A stretch of DNA of 63,375 nucleotides, the filler included, from Octopus bimaculoides (Eukaryota), in NCBI RefSeq assembly GCF_001194135.2. It is 5 parts of 4 records of this genome, joined end to end, with 100 filler letters (N's around TTAATTAATTAA, not from the genome) between each part and the next. Parts side by side here need not be neighbours in the genome. Positions count along the whole stretch, not along the records: positions 14,209 to 41,348 come from NC_068982.1; 4 more parts are not named here. One strand, given 5' to 3'. Positions 25,995-39,519 of this stretch are shown here, piece after piece (position 1 is the first letter of the stretch; each line of letters begins with the position of its first letter). The notes beneath the pieces are model-generated. The model did not search any database, was not told where the DNA came from, and was given only the letters and a program-made list of their open reading frames with translations. The translations under genes were made by a program, and so were the position numbers.

Positions 25995-26630
25995 ATGGAG
26001 AAAGTGCCAGTAGGAGGCCACAGCTATGCGGCAGCAAGTGGTCAAGGAATAGAAGTTGAAGCTCTGGAGGAGCGTGAAGTAAAAGTAGAGCCGAAAAAGA
26101 TGAAAGAATGTAAGAAACTATTTAAAAAAGGTGGGAAACACGTTGAGATTAACGCCGCCTGAGGAACTCAAAAGCAGTGTAACAAAGAGGACAGTGATTT
26201 TTAAAACACTGAAGATATCAACAAGGAAGATTGAAATAGCACCTATTGAAGCTATTGAGGAATACTTGAAGGAAATCAAGAAGCTGACCTCGTTCATCAT
26301 ATGTGGAAGGAGGTATGGCACAGTGGAGGCGTTTTGCGACGAAGGACGAAGCGCTTAAGCACTCCACGGAAGCAATAAGGAAAGAAGAATGGGTACTTTT
26401 GCCGACGTACTGTGGCAAGCGTGTTGCCAGGGTAAGAGTTGGAAAAGTACCCCCAGAGATAAAGGAAACATGGCTGATGGCAGCCATAAAGCTTAACATG
26501 GAAGAGGATGCCAAGATACTCAAGGCAACGAGAACCAAAAGGTTGAATTATTGGGAGTATGGCATAGAGATGGCCATACAAGCGAGTTTGGAAGACCTCA
26601 ACAGAATTGGAGAAAATATCTTCTGCCCCA
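25995..26630 (+). mobile_element. Probable non-LTR retrotransposon ORF1 (L1/Tx1-like) fossil with two frameshifts
   Basis: Three consecutive frames join into MEKVPVGGHSYAAAS...GRRYGTVE/RFATKDEALKHS...LLPTYCGKRVARVRVGKVPPEI; cut at the 3' end by a SINE. Confidence 0.5.
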
Positions 26631-26896
26631 AAACCTTGTGAGTGGATTTGGTTGACGGAAACTGTAAAGAAACCCGTTGTATGTATGCATATATATGTAT
26701 ATATTTATGCGTGTGTCTTTGTCCCCACCACCGCTTGACAACCGGTGTTACTGTGTTTACATCCCCGTAAATGGCAAAAGAAACCGATCTAATAAATACT
26801 AGACTTTAAAGAAATGTCCTGGGGTCGATTTATTCAACTATAAAATTCTTCACGGCGGTGCCCCAGCATGGTTGCAGTCAAATGACTAAAAGGTGT
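26630..26896 (+). mobile_element. SINE family A, 5'-truncated
   Basis: aaccttgtgagtggatttggttgacggaaac ... ggcggtgccccagcatggttgcagtcaaatgactaaaa. Confidence 0.85.
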
Positions 26897-27446
26897 NNNN
26901 NNNNNNNNNNNNNNNNNNNNNNNNNNNNNNNNNNNNNNNNNNNNNNNNNNNNNNNNNNNNNNNNNNNNNNNNNNNNNNNNNNNNNNNNNNNNNNNNNNNN
27001 NNNNNNNNNNNNNNNNNNNNNNNNNNNNNNNNNNNNNNNNNNNNNNNNNNNNNNNNNNNNNNNNNNNNNNNNNNNNNNNNNNNNNNNNNNNNNNNNNNNN
27101 NNNNNNNNNNNNNNNNNNNNNNNNNNNNNNNNNNNNNNNNNNNNNNNNNNNNNNNNNNNNNNNNNNNNNNNNNNNNNNNNNNNNNNNNNNNNNNNNNNNN
27201 NNNNNNNNNNNNNNNNNNNNNNNNNNNNNNNNNNNNNNNNNNNNNNNNNNNNNNNNNNNNNNNNNNNNNNNNNNNNNNNNNNNNNNNNNNNNNNNNNNNN
27301 NNNNNNNNNNNNNNNNNNNNNNNNNNNNNNNNNNNNNNNNNNNNNNNNNNNNNNNNNNNNNNNNNNNNNNNNNNNNNNNNNNNNNNNNNNNNNNNNNNNN
27401 NNNNNNNNNNNNNNNNNNNNNNNNNNNNNNNNNNNNNNNNNNNNNN

Positions 27447-27483
<37 letters not shown>

Positions 27484-27799
27484 GTATGTATATACACACA
27501 CAGTACAGTTTAAAGATCCAATGGAGGTAGAATCTACAAAAGAAGTACTCCATCCAGTGACAGATAAATATCAATTTAAATACAGAACCCAATGAGCTAC
27601 TTATAGTTTCATGCTATTATGATACTTGAATAGTCATATCTATAAAATACGCCATGTATCTTCAAGCAATCTTTCAGGTTCTGTTTATGCGTTATATGTA
27701 TTTTCAAAACAAGGACAGTAAGAAAATAAGAGAAAACGTGAAGAAGCTTGGTGCAAAATAATAGGAGAAAAAAGAAACGAAATCAAGAAAACTAACATA

Positions 27800-28010
27800 C
27801 CCGTTCTCCTTGATTACAGAAAGCTTGTTAAAAGTAATGCAACTAAGTTGGCTAACCACTTTTGGAATTTGAAGAGCAACTCCATGCCACATACAACTAA
27901 GTTGAGAATAGTGAAGAAATCCAAGACATATGTTAATGGATCTAAGAAACGTAATTTATGCCTAGCAGAAATATCTCATATTCTTCTTCGATTCTGCAAT
28001 TCTAAAATTC
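27800..28010 (+). mobile_element. Penelope-like GIY-YIG C-terminal fragment
   Basis: NATKLANHFWNLKSNSMPHTTKLRIVKKSKTYVNGSKKRNLCLAEISHIL is homologous in pattern to 14322-14870. Confidence 0.7.
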
Positions 28011-29912
28011 TTTTATCGAACTCCAGCATTCAGCATTCTTTTATCGAACTGGAAGGTACCGTCCGATCGGGATTGAATTGATGTCTCGTAGACTTGGACA
28101 TATTTTTCTCTAAACCAGTTGCATTTAATGAGCTTTCTGTAGTCAGCAAGGATGAAGACTATTGTTCTTGATTTCATTTCTTTTTTCTCGTTCCATTTTT
28201 GGCACCAACCGTCTTCATATTTTTTCCACGTATTTTTGTTTTCCTTTGCTAATTTTTTTACTGTTCAGTGTCCTTGTTTTTAAAATATATATAACGCATA
28301 AGCAAAGCCTGAACGATTGCTTTAAGATACATGGCATACTTTATAAAGTATCACAATAGCATGAAACTCTTAGTAGCTCTTTCGGGCGTGTGTGTGTGTG
28401 TGTGCGTGTATATANNNNNNNNNNNNNNNNNNNNNNNNNNNNNNNNNNNNNNNNNNNNNNNNNNNNNNNNNNNNNNNNNNNNNNNNNNNNNNNNNNNNNN
28501 NNNNNNNNNNNNNNNNNNNNNNNNNNNNNNNNNNNNNNNNNNNNNNNNNNNNNNNNNNNNNNNNNNNNNNNNNNNNNNNNNNNNNNNNNNNNNNNNNNNN
28601 NNNNNNNNNNNNNNNNNNNNNNNNNNNNNNNNNNNNNNNNNNNNNNNNNNNNNNNNNNNNNNNNNNNNNNNNNNNNNNNNNNNNNNNNNNNNNNNNNNNN
28701 NNNNNNNNNNNNNNNNNNNNNNNNNNNNNNNNNNNNNNNNNNNNNNNNNNNNNNNNNNNNNNNNNNNNNNNNNNNNNNNNNNNNNNNNNNNNNNNNNNNN
28801 NNNNNNNNNNNNNNNNNNNNNNNNNNNNNNNNNNNNNNNNNNNNNNNNNNNNNNNNNNNNNNNNNNNNNNNNNNNNNNNNNNNNNNNNNNNNNNNNNNNN
28901 NNNNNNNNNNNNNNNNNNNNNNNNNNNNNNNNNNNNNNNNNNNNNNNNNNNNNNNNNNNNNNNNNNNNNNNNNNNNNNNNNNNNNNNNNNNNNNNNNNNN
29001 NNNNNNNNNNNNNNNNNNNNNNNNNNNNNNNNNNNNNNNNNNNNNNNNNNNNNNNNNNNNNNNNNNNNNNNNNNNNNNNNNNNNNNNNNNNNNNNNNNNN
29101 NNNNNNNNNNNNNNNNNNNNNNNNNNNNNNNNNNNNNNNNNNNNNNNNNNNNNNNNNNNNNNTATATATATATATGTATGCATCTATGTTTATATGCATA
29201 CATACATATATATATATGTATCTATATATATGTGTGTGTGTATACAGAGAGAGAAATAATCAGACGATAGATGGATAGATACGTACATAGATAGCTAGAT
29301 AGATAGATAGATAGATAGATAGATATTTCTCACATTTATCTTTTCCCACTTATATGTGTGTATGAGTGTGTTGGTGTATTTACTTATGTATGTTTCTATA
29401 CCCATGTGCATGTGCGTATGTGAGTGTAAGCGTTTGATTCTGTATATATGCGTATGTATGTGTGCAAGTGTACGTCAGTGTATGAAACCGATAGACAATG
29501 CGACGAAGTAGTTGGAGGGAGGGAGAGAGAGAGTGTACGTGCCAGCTATTATAACAACTTGATAGAGATGATAATGTCTTTAGAAAAATCGATAGATCGA
29601 TAAATGCCCCCTACACTCACCCTCTTACCACTTCTATCTCTCCCACCACTACTTATCCACCCACCTCTGCACTTATCTTTTCATCCCTAACCCCATTGAC
29701 ACCACCTCTATTTCCGCTGCCAAACACACGCATACACACACGTATACACACATGCATACACACACGCTCACACACATACACACACACACACGGGAATTGA
29801 TGGAAAAAAGAGAAAGGGAGAGAACTTAAGGAACCAAACCTACCATCAACCATTGGTTACTAGCACACACATACAGACACACGCAGACAAGCGTAACTTT
29901 ATATATTCTGTT

Positions 29913-30292
29913 ATCTTTTTATTCTTTTAATTGTTTCTATCATTCGACTGCAGCCATGCTGGAGCACCGCATTTAGTCAAACAAATTGACCCCAGGACTT
30001 ATTCTTTGTTAGCCTAGTGCTTATTCTATCGGTTTCTGTTGAAGAACTGCTATGTTACCGGGACGTAAACACACCAAAACTGGTTGTCAGCAACACAGAC
30101 ACACACAAATATATACACACACACATATATATATATATAAGACGAGATTCTTTCACTTTCCGCTTATCAAATCCACTCACAAAACTTTGGTCGGCCCAAG
30201 GCTATTGTAGAAGACTCTTGCCCAAGATGCCACTTAGTGAAACTGATCTGCGAACCATGTGGTTGGGAAGCAAGCTTCTTATTTCTTTACTG
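29913..30292 (-). mobile_element. SINE family A
   Basis: Collinear with 5055-5470. Confidence 0.85.
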
Positions 30293-30487
30293 CCCAAAAG
30301 GGGCTAAACATACAGGGGACAAACAAGGACAGACAGAGGGAGTAAGTCGATTACAACGACCCCAGTGCGTGACTGGTACTTAATTTATCGACCCCGAAAG
30401 GATGAAAGGCAAAGTCGACCTCGGCGGAATTTGAACTCAGAACGCAACGGCAAACGAAATACCGTTAAGCATTTCGCCCAGCGTGCT
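30293..30487 (-). mobile_element. SINE family B (runs into an N gap)
   Basis: cgaccccagtgcgtgactggtacttaatttatcgaccccgaaaggatgaaaggcaaagtcgacctcggcggaatttgaactcagaacg. Confidence 0.9.
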
Positions 30488-30769
30488 NNNNNNNNNNNNN
30501 NNNNNNNNNNNNNNNNNNNNNNNNNNNNNNNNNNNNNNNNNNNNNNNNNNNNNNNNNNNNNNNNNNNNNNNNNNNNNNNNNNNNNNNNNNNNNNNNNNNN
30601 NNNNNNNNNNNNNNNNNNNNNNNNNNNNNNNNNNNNNNNNNNNNNNNNNNNNNNNNNNNNNNNNNNNNNNNNNNNNNNNNNNNNNNNNNNNNNNNNNNNN
30701 NNNNNNNNNNNNNNNNNNNNNNNNNNNNNNNNNNNNNNNNNNNNNNNNNNNNNNNNNNNNNNNNNNNNN

Positions 30770-30821
<52 letters not shown>

Positions 30822-30933
30822 TATGTGGGTACAGGATGTCACCAAAAGTAAACAACATGAAATACGAAAACAAGCGAATTAGATACGCAAACACCAAGAG
30901 AAAAAATTGAAAACAGAACAAGTGACATAAAGT

Positions 30934-31375
30934 ATCTTTTACTCAGGGACTAGTAGACCTGACACCGTTCAGTAATCGGTGTACATTCAAAGCAATGTTT
31001 AGTAATACAGGTCAGTGGACACATAGAAAGGTGTGCGAGGAATCTTAATCCTAATTTCCTAATTTTTCCCTTCTATCAATGTTCACAGAACACATCAATA
31101 CAACAAAGAATGAATAAAGAGGCAACTTTCATCAATAATATCTTCCACAACTAAATATGAAAACATAACATAATACAGAACACTACTAACCTTTCAATTA
31201 ATACTACTAACCCCCATACATCCCATACGCCATTCACATTACAGATCTAGATCTACCCTAATTGCTCCAAATCCAGAAATACTTACCTCCCTTACACATA
31301 ATCTTTTTACTCAGGGATTAGTAGACCTGACACCGTTCAGTAATCGGTGTGCATTCAAAGCAATGATTAGTAATA
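30934..31375 (+). repeat. About 75-bp direct repeat (30934-31007 and 31301-31375), pLTR-like
   Basis: atcttt(t)tactcaggga.tagtagacctgacaccgttcagtaatcggtgt.cattcaaagcaatg.ttagtaata occurs twice. Confidence 0.9.
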
Positions 31376-31399
31376 TTACGAAACCGGTATGCTTTTGAA
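31354..31399 (+). ncRNA. Hammerhead-like motif with variant core
   Basis: Stem I TTCAAAGCA/TGCTTT(T)GAA; core ATGATTA instead of CTGATGA; stem II GTAA-TA-TTAC; GAAA; palindromic ACCGGT; GTA cleavage triplet. Confidence 0.6.
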
Positions 31400-31477
31400 A
31401 CTCTTTAACAACTCACAATAATGACTTTTAGTACCTTTATTCCTACCTCAGCTCATCTAATTGTATANNNNNNNNNN

Positions 31478-31512
<35 letters not shown>

Positions 31513-31750
31513 CATACATGTATGTGTAAGGGAGGTATGTATATGTATATATGTATATATGTTTATATATGTGTGTGTGTGTCTATGTCTGTGTGTATAA
31601 ACGTGCAGACGCACATATTTACATGCATACTAGCACGTTGTTTACATTTAAGATCATTAACAGCCGTACACTAACACTGCACATGTTAACAGTTGGGTAT
31701 ATTCGCACTGCAAAACTTTATATACCCACATCTATCTATCTATTTATCTT

Positions 31751-31781
<31 letters not shown>

Positions 31782-32618
31782 CTCTATCCGTCTATTTACA
31801 TGCTCACACGCACATATACACACATAGGCGTTCTCAATCACACTATCGCATACACACACACTCGAGCGCACACACATGCATACACTCTTACACACGCACC
31901 ACACATCTCACTCATGTTAACACTCTTACACTTGCCTGAAAACAGTCTACTGAAATACACTCACATCATATACATACACAAGTATCACATACGAATACTC
32001 ACCTTCACGAGTAACCAAACACATACATTGAGAGAGAGAGAGAGAGAGGGGGAGAAGGAGAGAGGAAGGGGAGAAGGAGAGAGAGAGAAGGAGAGAAAAC
32101 GAAACCTGCATATGTACACATACTCGTCCAAAATATACACATTTAAAAAATCCATATGCATTCCTGATAATAAACAAAACTACACTCGCATTTTCCAACA
32201 TATACACATATAACATACGTGCATGTATATATATATATATATATAGACACGCACAAACACACACACATACATGCACAGATATTATACTCACGTACATACA
32301 TACATACATTCATACATATACACTGACAGGCAGACAGACCTACATACATACACATACGTTTTACAACCCCACGCACGCACAAACGTATACGAATACACCA
32401 CACACACACACACACACACACACAATCGCAACGGGTTCTTCAACTTACCAAAAACGTACACTTATAAGACATTTGTGAACACTCAAACATACGTGGACGA
32501 ACTCAAATACATACAAACACACATTATATACATATTCACACTCATTATACACACACACACTTACACACAACTACAGATACAAAATACACACACACACACA
32601 CACGCACGCATGCACGCA

Positions 32619-32662
<44 letters not shown>

Positions 32663-33191
32663 NNNNNNNNNNNNNNNNNNNNNNNNNNNNNNNNNNNNNN
32701 NNNNNNNNNNNNNNNNNNNNNNNNNNNNNNNNNNNNNNNNNNNNNNNNNNNNNNNNNNNNNNNNNNNNNNNNNNNNNNNNNNNNNNNNNNNNNNNNNNNN
32801 NNNNNNNNNNNNNNNNNNNNNNNNNNNNNNNNNNNNNNNNNNNNNNNNNNNNNNNNNNNNNNNNNNNNNNNNNNNNNNNNNNNNNNNNNNNNNNNNNNNN
32901 NNNNNNNNNNNNNNNNNNNNNNNNNNNNNNNNNNNNNNNNNNNNNNNNNNNNNNNNNNNNNNNNNNNNNNNNNNNNNNNNNNNNNNNNNNNNNNNNNNNN
33001 NNNNNNNNNNNNNNNNNNNNNNNNNNNNNNNNNNNNNNNNNNNNNNNNNNNNNNNNNNNNNNNNNNNNNNNNNNNNNNNNNNNNNNNNNNNNNNNNNNNN
33101 NNNNNNNNNNNNNNNNNNNNNNNNNNNNNNNNNNNNNNNNNNNNNNNNNNNNNNNNNNNNNNNNNNNNNNNNNNNNNNNNNNNNNNNNNNN

Positions 33192-33237
<46 letters not shown>

Positions 33238-33319
33238 TGAATAAATGATTGAATGTGTGTATGTATGTATGCTTGTGTGTGTATACGTATGTATGTATAT
33301 GTGTGTGTGTATCTACATA

Positions 33320-34402
33320 TACAGGCTGCGTCAGTTGTTTTTTTCTTTTACTTTTTAAAAGACACCACTTTCAAGAGCTCTAACATATTTTTTCCCCTTA
33401 CTTTTCAGATAAATAATGTCAGACAAATGAAAACGCATGCTGTAATGATTGCCTTAAAAACGCAGCAAAGTGGAACAGAGATACCTCACTTCCTAAAAGT
33501 TGCCCGATCCTTTGTTGTCAAAGTTCGAAAAGGGCTGGAATCTGTTGACGGGTATCCGACATCATCAGGTAAACGCAAAAGGGTTCTAATACCATCAGAA
33601 CTTTGTATAAAATGTTCAAGAAATAATCGATAAAAAATGCATGAAGTCAGCCAGAGCCATTACAAAGACATCTAGGTTTCAGAATGCACCATCAGAAAAG
33701 TTATGCATGAGGACATCCGGTACATGTCGTATGTGAAGTGAAGTTTATGTCGGATGTCACAAGCAAAAATAGTTCGATCTATGCAGAGCGCTTGTGAAAG
33801 AGGCTAGAATATTTTGCTTTTTCTCCGAAGTGAAACTTCGATCAGGACCAAATGGTAAACCGGAGGAACGACAAATGATAATGCAGTGACCCGACTGAGA
33901 TTCGAACGGTCATGCATACTAAGTTCTCAACTTGTGTAATGGTTCTGGGAATTATCAGAAACAAGGTAGATGTCATGTCTCCTAATTCTTTTTCACACAG
34001 CTTAAGAGCCATTGCCACTGTCTATACAGCTGGAGAAAGCTGTGAAGCCCTGGATTGACAGAGTACGTAACGGAAGGCCGTAGTCTTCCAGCAAGACTCT
34101 GCACCGTCTCATAAGGCTAAGACAACCAAGTGTGGATGCGTGCCAATCTCCATAATCATGTTCTCCTAGACACATGGCCTCTTGACTCATCAGACCTCAA
34201 TCCACTGGACTATTACGTATGGAGCGTAATCGAGAGAAAGGTCAATCAACACCCCCATAACATCATACAATCTTTCAAGTACGCCATAACCAGCATAATG
34301 CTAAAATTTGATAAAAATCATCTGATTCGGACATGTCAAAGATTCCAACCCCGTATTGAAGCAACCATTGATACTAACGGTGGATTCGTTGAATACGTGT
34401 GA
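33320..34402 (+). mobile_element. DD37D (maT-type) Tc1/mariner transposon fossil
   Basis: MKTHAVMIAL...; FDQDQMVNRRND; VFQQDSAPSHKAKTT/QVWMRANL...WPLDSSDLNPLDYYVWS. There are 37 residues between the 2nd and 3rd D once a 1-nt deletion near 34125 is restored. Confidence 0.85.
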
Positions 34403-34449
34403 TAAAAGGATTCGAATATATTTATTGCACGAATGAAGTGTCAACGGGA

Positions 34450-35125
34450 CACAGTTGCACAGTGTTCTTAGTTCATTATTTTGCCATGTCGAATCAGGTG
34501 GGAATACAGGCCTATCCTAGCTGTGTAGATCCTGCTGCAGACATTGCATTAGCAGTCACCGTCATCTGAGGTAGATTGGACCTGGCTCTATGCTGGACTC
34601 TTATCTTCTTCAGGGTATTTTTCCTTTCCTTGCTGCCTGAAGGTCAGATTTGTCTTGGTAGTACGAGCTCTATTCGGTGCTACCAGTACCTGTAAATTTT
34701 CAAGTAGGTCTTTAAATGTCATTGTATCGGAACAGTGGGAAGTCTTGGTGCCTGGCACCAGAAGTAAGCCGTCCATATAAGAAGTAATCAAATATTTTTC
34801 ATGCATACCACATGACTAACTGACCTCCGTGGTTCTCTGATAAGGACTTTAGTTCTGGATCTGAAGCGTTATGAATTAAAAATATTGGCATCTATCTTAA
34901 ATTAAGAATATTCAGTCATTCAACATCTCTGAATGCCACTTGCAGCATGAATGAGAAATAGATTGCAAACAAAACAGGGGCCATTACACAACCCTGCTTG
35001 TTTCTATTCTTTATAGGAAATGTATCAGAAGCTAAACCACGTTCCATCAAACGAATCCATCATATCATTGTGGAATGATCTTACTCTGAACATTTTTTCG
35101 GGGCGCCCAAACTTGCCAGAGTTAA
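34450..35125 (-). mobile_element. RTE/BovB-like LINE remnant (RT and C-terminal zinc finger, internally deleted)
   Basis: FGRPEKMFRVRSFHNDM; KQGCVMAPVLFAIYFSFML; RFRSRTKVLIRE; CNVCSRIYTARIGLYSHLIRH. Confidence 0.8.
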
Positions 35126-36399
35126 AGAACCGTCACTTCAATGATGATTATACTTGTTGCCTTTCGGTTCTAAATTCCGAATAATTTATAATTCTCTTAA
35201 TAATTTGTAATTCTTACTTCACCATTTTCGAAATCAGTCAATGTTTCCTATGGTGTTCTCTATAAGACTGACAGGGTGAGTTAGGATGCTTAACCCCTGG
35301 TGACGGAATAATGGGTCACTGATGAAGATTGATTAAATCTGAAATCAGCACTGATATAACTCCAAATCGCCTGACTCCCTTGACAGTCATTAGAAAAGTG
35401 CTCCCACGTGGCTGAGAGTTGTTTTGACTCTTATTTCTAGCAATGCTAGTGCTGACTAGCACCCAGCCCCTGTCACTCTGGTGACGACTATTCTTGTTGC
35501 CTTTGGATTCTGAATTGCGAGACTTGTAGGGACACAGTATTTCGTTATGCAACCATAATTATACTACAAAGTATATCAAACGTTTTTGTAAGTCAATACC
35601 GTGTAATACTCTGTTAGCAGTGCTCTTTACGTCACTTGTGAACGTTATCAACTCAGATTTTCCCTTGAAATTATAGCCAGCACCGATTTTGGCACGACGT
35701 TTCTTACCCGAGACGCCGATGTAAACAATGAGATCGAAGATGAAAAATGGGTAATGGGCGTATATGCTATACTTCGGGAGTTTTGCTCCTTCATCATCCC
35801 CCATCTAACCCATTAATCATCCACGAGCTCAAGGCCTCGTTCCGGTAACTGAAGTCATTAACAAAATATATTAATTCAATTCTCTGCAGTAATTTAGCCC
35901 AGGGATAAGGAGGAAGCCGCTAAGTAGTAATTAATCTTACTAGAATTAGCAACAATCTCTCTCTGAAAATACTGTCATCTGAGGTATTTTGCCTGATTTA
36001 AAAGTAAACCAGATGGCTACGGATGGCTGACCTTTGACCAGTGTTGCTCGACCAGTGTGCACCAACAACTAAACTAAAAAAAGCAACAAATAAATAATTT
36101 TAAATAATTTAAACTACATCTTCTTATTTTGATTAGACTAATGCTACTCTATTTATTTCTACTGTCTTTTGTTAATAAGAGTTCATCTATATTATTACAT
36201 ATTCATCAATTATAAGTGTTGTTTATTTATATAATTACTGGAATTGTCGGGGTAGAAGGCGAAGGGGAAATGAGACAATTCTCAAAGAACCGTCTGAAAA
36301 ATCTACATTTTGTGGTAGACTCGTAAATTTTACAATTATCCATTAAAAGCATTTTTACAAATTAAATATCACCATCATCATCACCACCACCATCATCCC

Positions 36400-36545
36400 C
36401 ATATCCTCCTCCTTTTCCTCTTCTTCCTTTTTTTCTCTTTCCCTCCCTACTTCCTCCTCCTCTTTTTCTTCTTCTTCTTCTTCTTCTTCTTCTTCTTCTT
36501 CTTCTTCTTCTTCTTCTTCTTCTTCTTCTTCTTCTTCTTCATCAT
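36400..36545. repeat. (CTT)n/(CCT)n microsatellite
   Basis: Seen directly; gives the spurious poly-Glu ORF at 36355-36576. Confidence 0.95.
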
Positions 36546-38289
36546 TACTGTCATGAAGGGGCGACACCAAAGGCAATTCTTCATACGGTGATTCTAAGAA
36601 ACGGTAGCTGCCTTTTCCCAGGCCGAAAGGCAGTGCTGAACTCGGAACTGCAAATTTGTCAATTTTTCATTGCTGACATTCCTTAGAGATATATTGTGTT
36701 TCTACCACATGACAACTATTTACAGCTAGATGGACTTAGACATTTGAGAATTAGACACGCGGTGCAGATACGAACACTGACCTCTGTTGATTGTCGATGA
36801 CCTTTACCACTCGATCACACCTACTCCTTTTACACGTTACTGCTACTGTTATGTAATATAGATTTACAAACTACAACGAATATTTTCCTTCTTATCAATC
36901 CAGAATGATGTCATTCCGTACAAAACGATCGGTAAAATTATTTCTGATGTTTAAACACCAGTTTTTAGTCGCGTGTATTGTAATCCATTATAATCACACA
37001 GTGAAATTTCATGTTTAAAAACTCGCACTGATTCATTGGTTCACACACTACATTACTATATGATTGGGACTTCACTTAACGATAGTTCATCCAGCACATG
37101 AGTTAATATTTCAAATAATGGAGGTTGGGACTTTCTTTTTGTCGCTTCAAATATCGTCTTAAGTACTAAAATAACTAATATTTTCTTCATTTCAGGGACG
37201 ACTTGAACTATAAACAGAGAAGGAACTTCAGCAGTTGATAAAAATCAAGATATAGTTTATTATTGTTGCGCTGAACTCTTCAGCCGGTGCAAGAATTGTC
37301 AATGTTTCTATTCAGAATGAAAGGTGACACCTCGCGGCACAATACAATTCCAAAATGAAAAGGTAATAATAGATACCTGGTATTATTGCCAGAATTGGTA
37401 AAACTATTCAGTTTTATATTCCCAGTTCGAATCCTTCCAAAGATCTATTATAAAGAAACCAGATATGTTATTGGGCGTATAAAATCAAGCAGACCTCTGT
37501 AACCTGTTAGTCACCATTAGACACCATTAGAAACCATTTGACCCCATTAGACACCACTTATACTTCTGAGATCAGTCGCATGAGAGAAACAGTAGAGCGA
37601 CAGACTAAAATGTCTTACAAAACACCCTGGCATTCACTATACCTTCTCTCTCTGTATAGGGAGGAGGAGGTGGTGGTGGTGATAAAATAAATACAGAAAT
37701 CATTGAACTATTGCTGGTAATTCTGAAATAGATGATGTTACAGAAGTGGGTTCAAATACTGTCGAAATGAACGTTTAATCACAGCAGACATCCATGAAAT
37801 GAAAAACAGAAGAATATCGATTGGTATCGATTCAATTGAATAAAAGCTCTGATGAATAACTTCCTAACTTTGGCCCTGTATAAGTATTCTTTGTTGACTG
37901 AGCAGAAGCATAAATATGGCAAATATATTAGAAAATAAGAATGTATATTCCACATATATAAATGTATATGCATATNNNNNNNNNNNNNNNNNNNNNNNNN
38001 NNNNNNNNNNNNNNNNNNNNNNNNNNNNNNNNNNNNNNNNNNNNNNNNNNNNNNNNNNNNNNNNNNNNNNNNNNNATATAAGGTATATATGTATTATATA
38101 TGGAAATGATATATATGTATGTATATGTCAAAAATGTATATGGTATATATATGTGTGTATGTATATGTATATGATACATTTAATAGAGAATAAGAAGGCA
38201 AAATCCATTTCATTTGTTTATTATTATTATTTTTCGTAGTTTTCTTTTTCTCTTTGAAAGTTCAGTCTCAGAAAATACTTCATCATTAA

Positions 38290-38640
38290 TCCTTCGTTAA
38301 TCCCTTGCTAATTTCTTGTTAATCTCTGGCTATTAGACCAAGATGGAAATACTGTTACACTCCGTCCCTTTCTTATGAAGTTAACTGACTCACCTCGTTA
38401 TCTCTTATGGTTCCTATAAATCTCTTATGGTTCCCATAAATGCTCAAACCAATCCTTTCTCCTCAATGCAACTTTCCCCTCATTGCAACCATATGCTATC
38501 CCACCATTGCCAGAGATGTTCCTACAGTCATCGATCTACAGAGCATAAAATTGAACATTAACCTCATCGATTTTACCAATCTATAAGGCCTACAGATTGA
38601 TCGGACTAAAATACATGGCCTTCCTATAAAATCAGAAATA
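38290..38640 (-). mobile_element. Possible highly degenerate RTE-type LINE RT fragment
   Basis: Minus strand atgtattttagtccgatcaatctgtaggccttatagattgg resembles the Y.AF.DL.KAYD motif; many lesions. Confidence 0.3.
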
Positions 38641-39463
38641 TGGAGAGATCGATCTTCAACTGTAAAACAAGCTTCCAATAATTATATTTATTGGAATCCT
38701 TAATAATTATTAAGGATTCAGTCATAAACCCTCTCCAACAACTAATTCATAGACGCATGGTTTCATCTTCCTGCCCCTAACACCACCTCAACGTTACCTG
38801 CTCTACTAAACTAGCTAACCATATAACACCCATTATTGAAAAACATAAAAAGTATAATAATTCATCACACGCACGGAGAACAGCGAGGATCCAAACAACA
38901 ACGTATCTAATTACATTCTAAATATGTTTCTGCAGATTCGAGTGCGAATATGTTTAATCACTGTTGCACTTCGTTTTCGGAGAACAACTTCTTTCTAGAA
39001 TTCTCATGAATTCTATAAACAAGGGCCACAATATTTGTTTCAGCTTAAAAATATGGAGACAGCTTTGGCCGAAGAGACACAACCAGGTCGAAACAGAGCC
39101 CAGTTATAACAGTGAATCGAGTGTGTTATGAATACACATTCTCTGAAGACGAAATCCAACAGCGATTAACATTTAGCATAGTTATGTTCGAATCTACTAG
39201 AACGAATTCAGAATGAGTATGTATGTCACTGTTATCTAAAACAATGGGGGGGGGGTATCGATTCAACTCCTAATTTCCCTCATTTTTACTCTCTAGATTC
39301 CATTTTAAATTTTAATCTAAATTTTACTTAACTCTTTTCACAAATGGAAATGATAGTTGTAATTAGACAAAGAATAAAAGCCCTTCCCGTGTCTTATAAA
39401 TTCACAGAATTGGTTTTTCGGTTTCTGTGGAGTAGGAATACTACGTGCGCGTGCACACAAACA

Positions 39464-39511
<48 letters not shown>

Positions 39512-39519
39512 CAAAATAT

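Noticed and set aside
35559-35804. 81-aa ORF (MGDDEGAKLPK...)
   Set aside because: No recognisable motif or splice context.
36355-36576. Poly-Glu ORF
   Set aside because: It is a translation of a (GAA)n microsatellite.
37196-37322. Plus-strand exon-like segment with an Ig-like YYC.A..S.G flavour
   Set aside because: All three frames contain stops and the motif requires frameshifts; likely chance.
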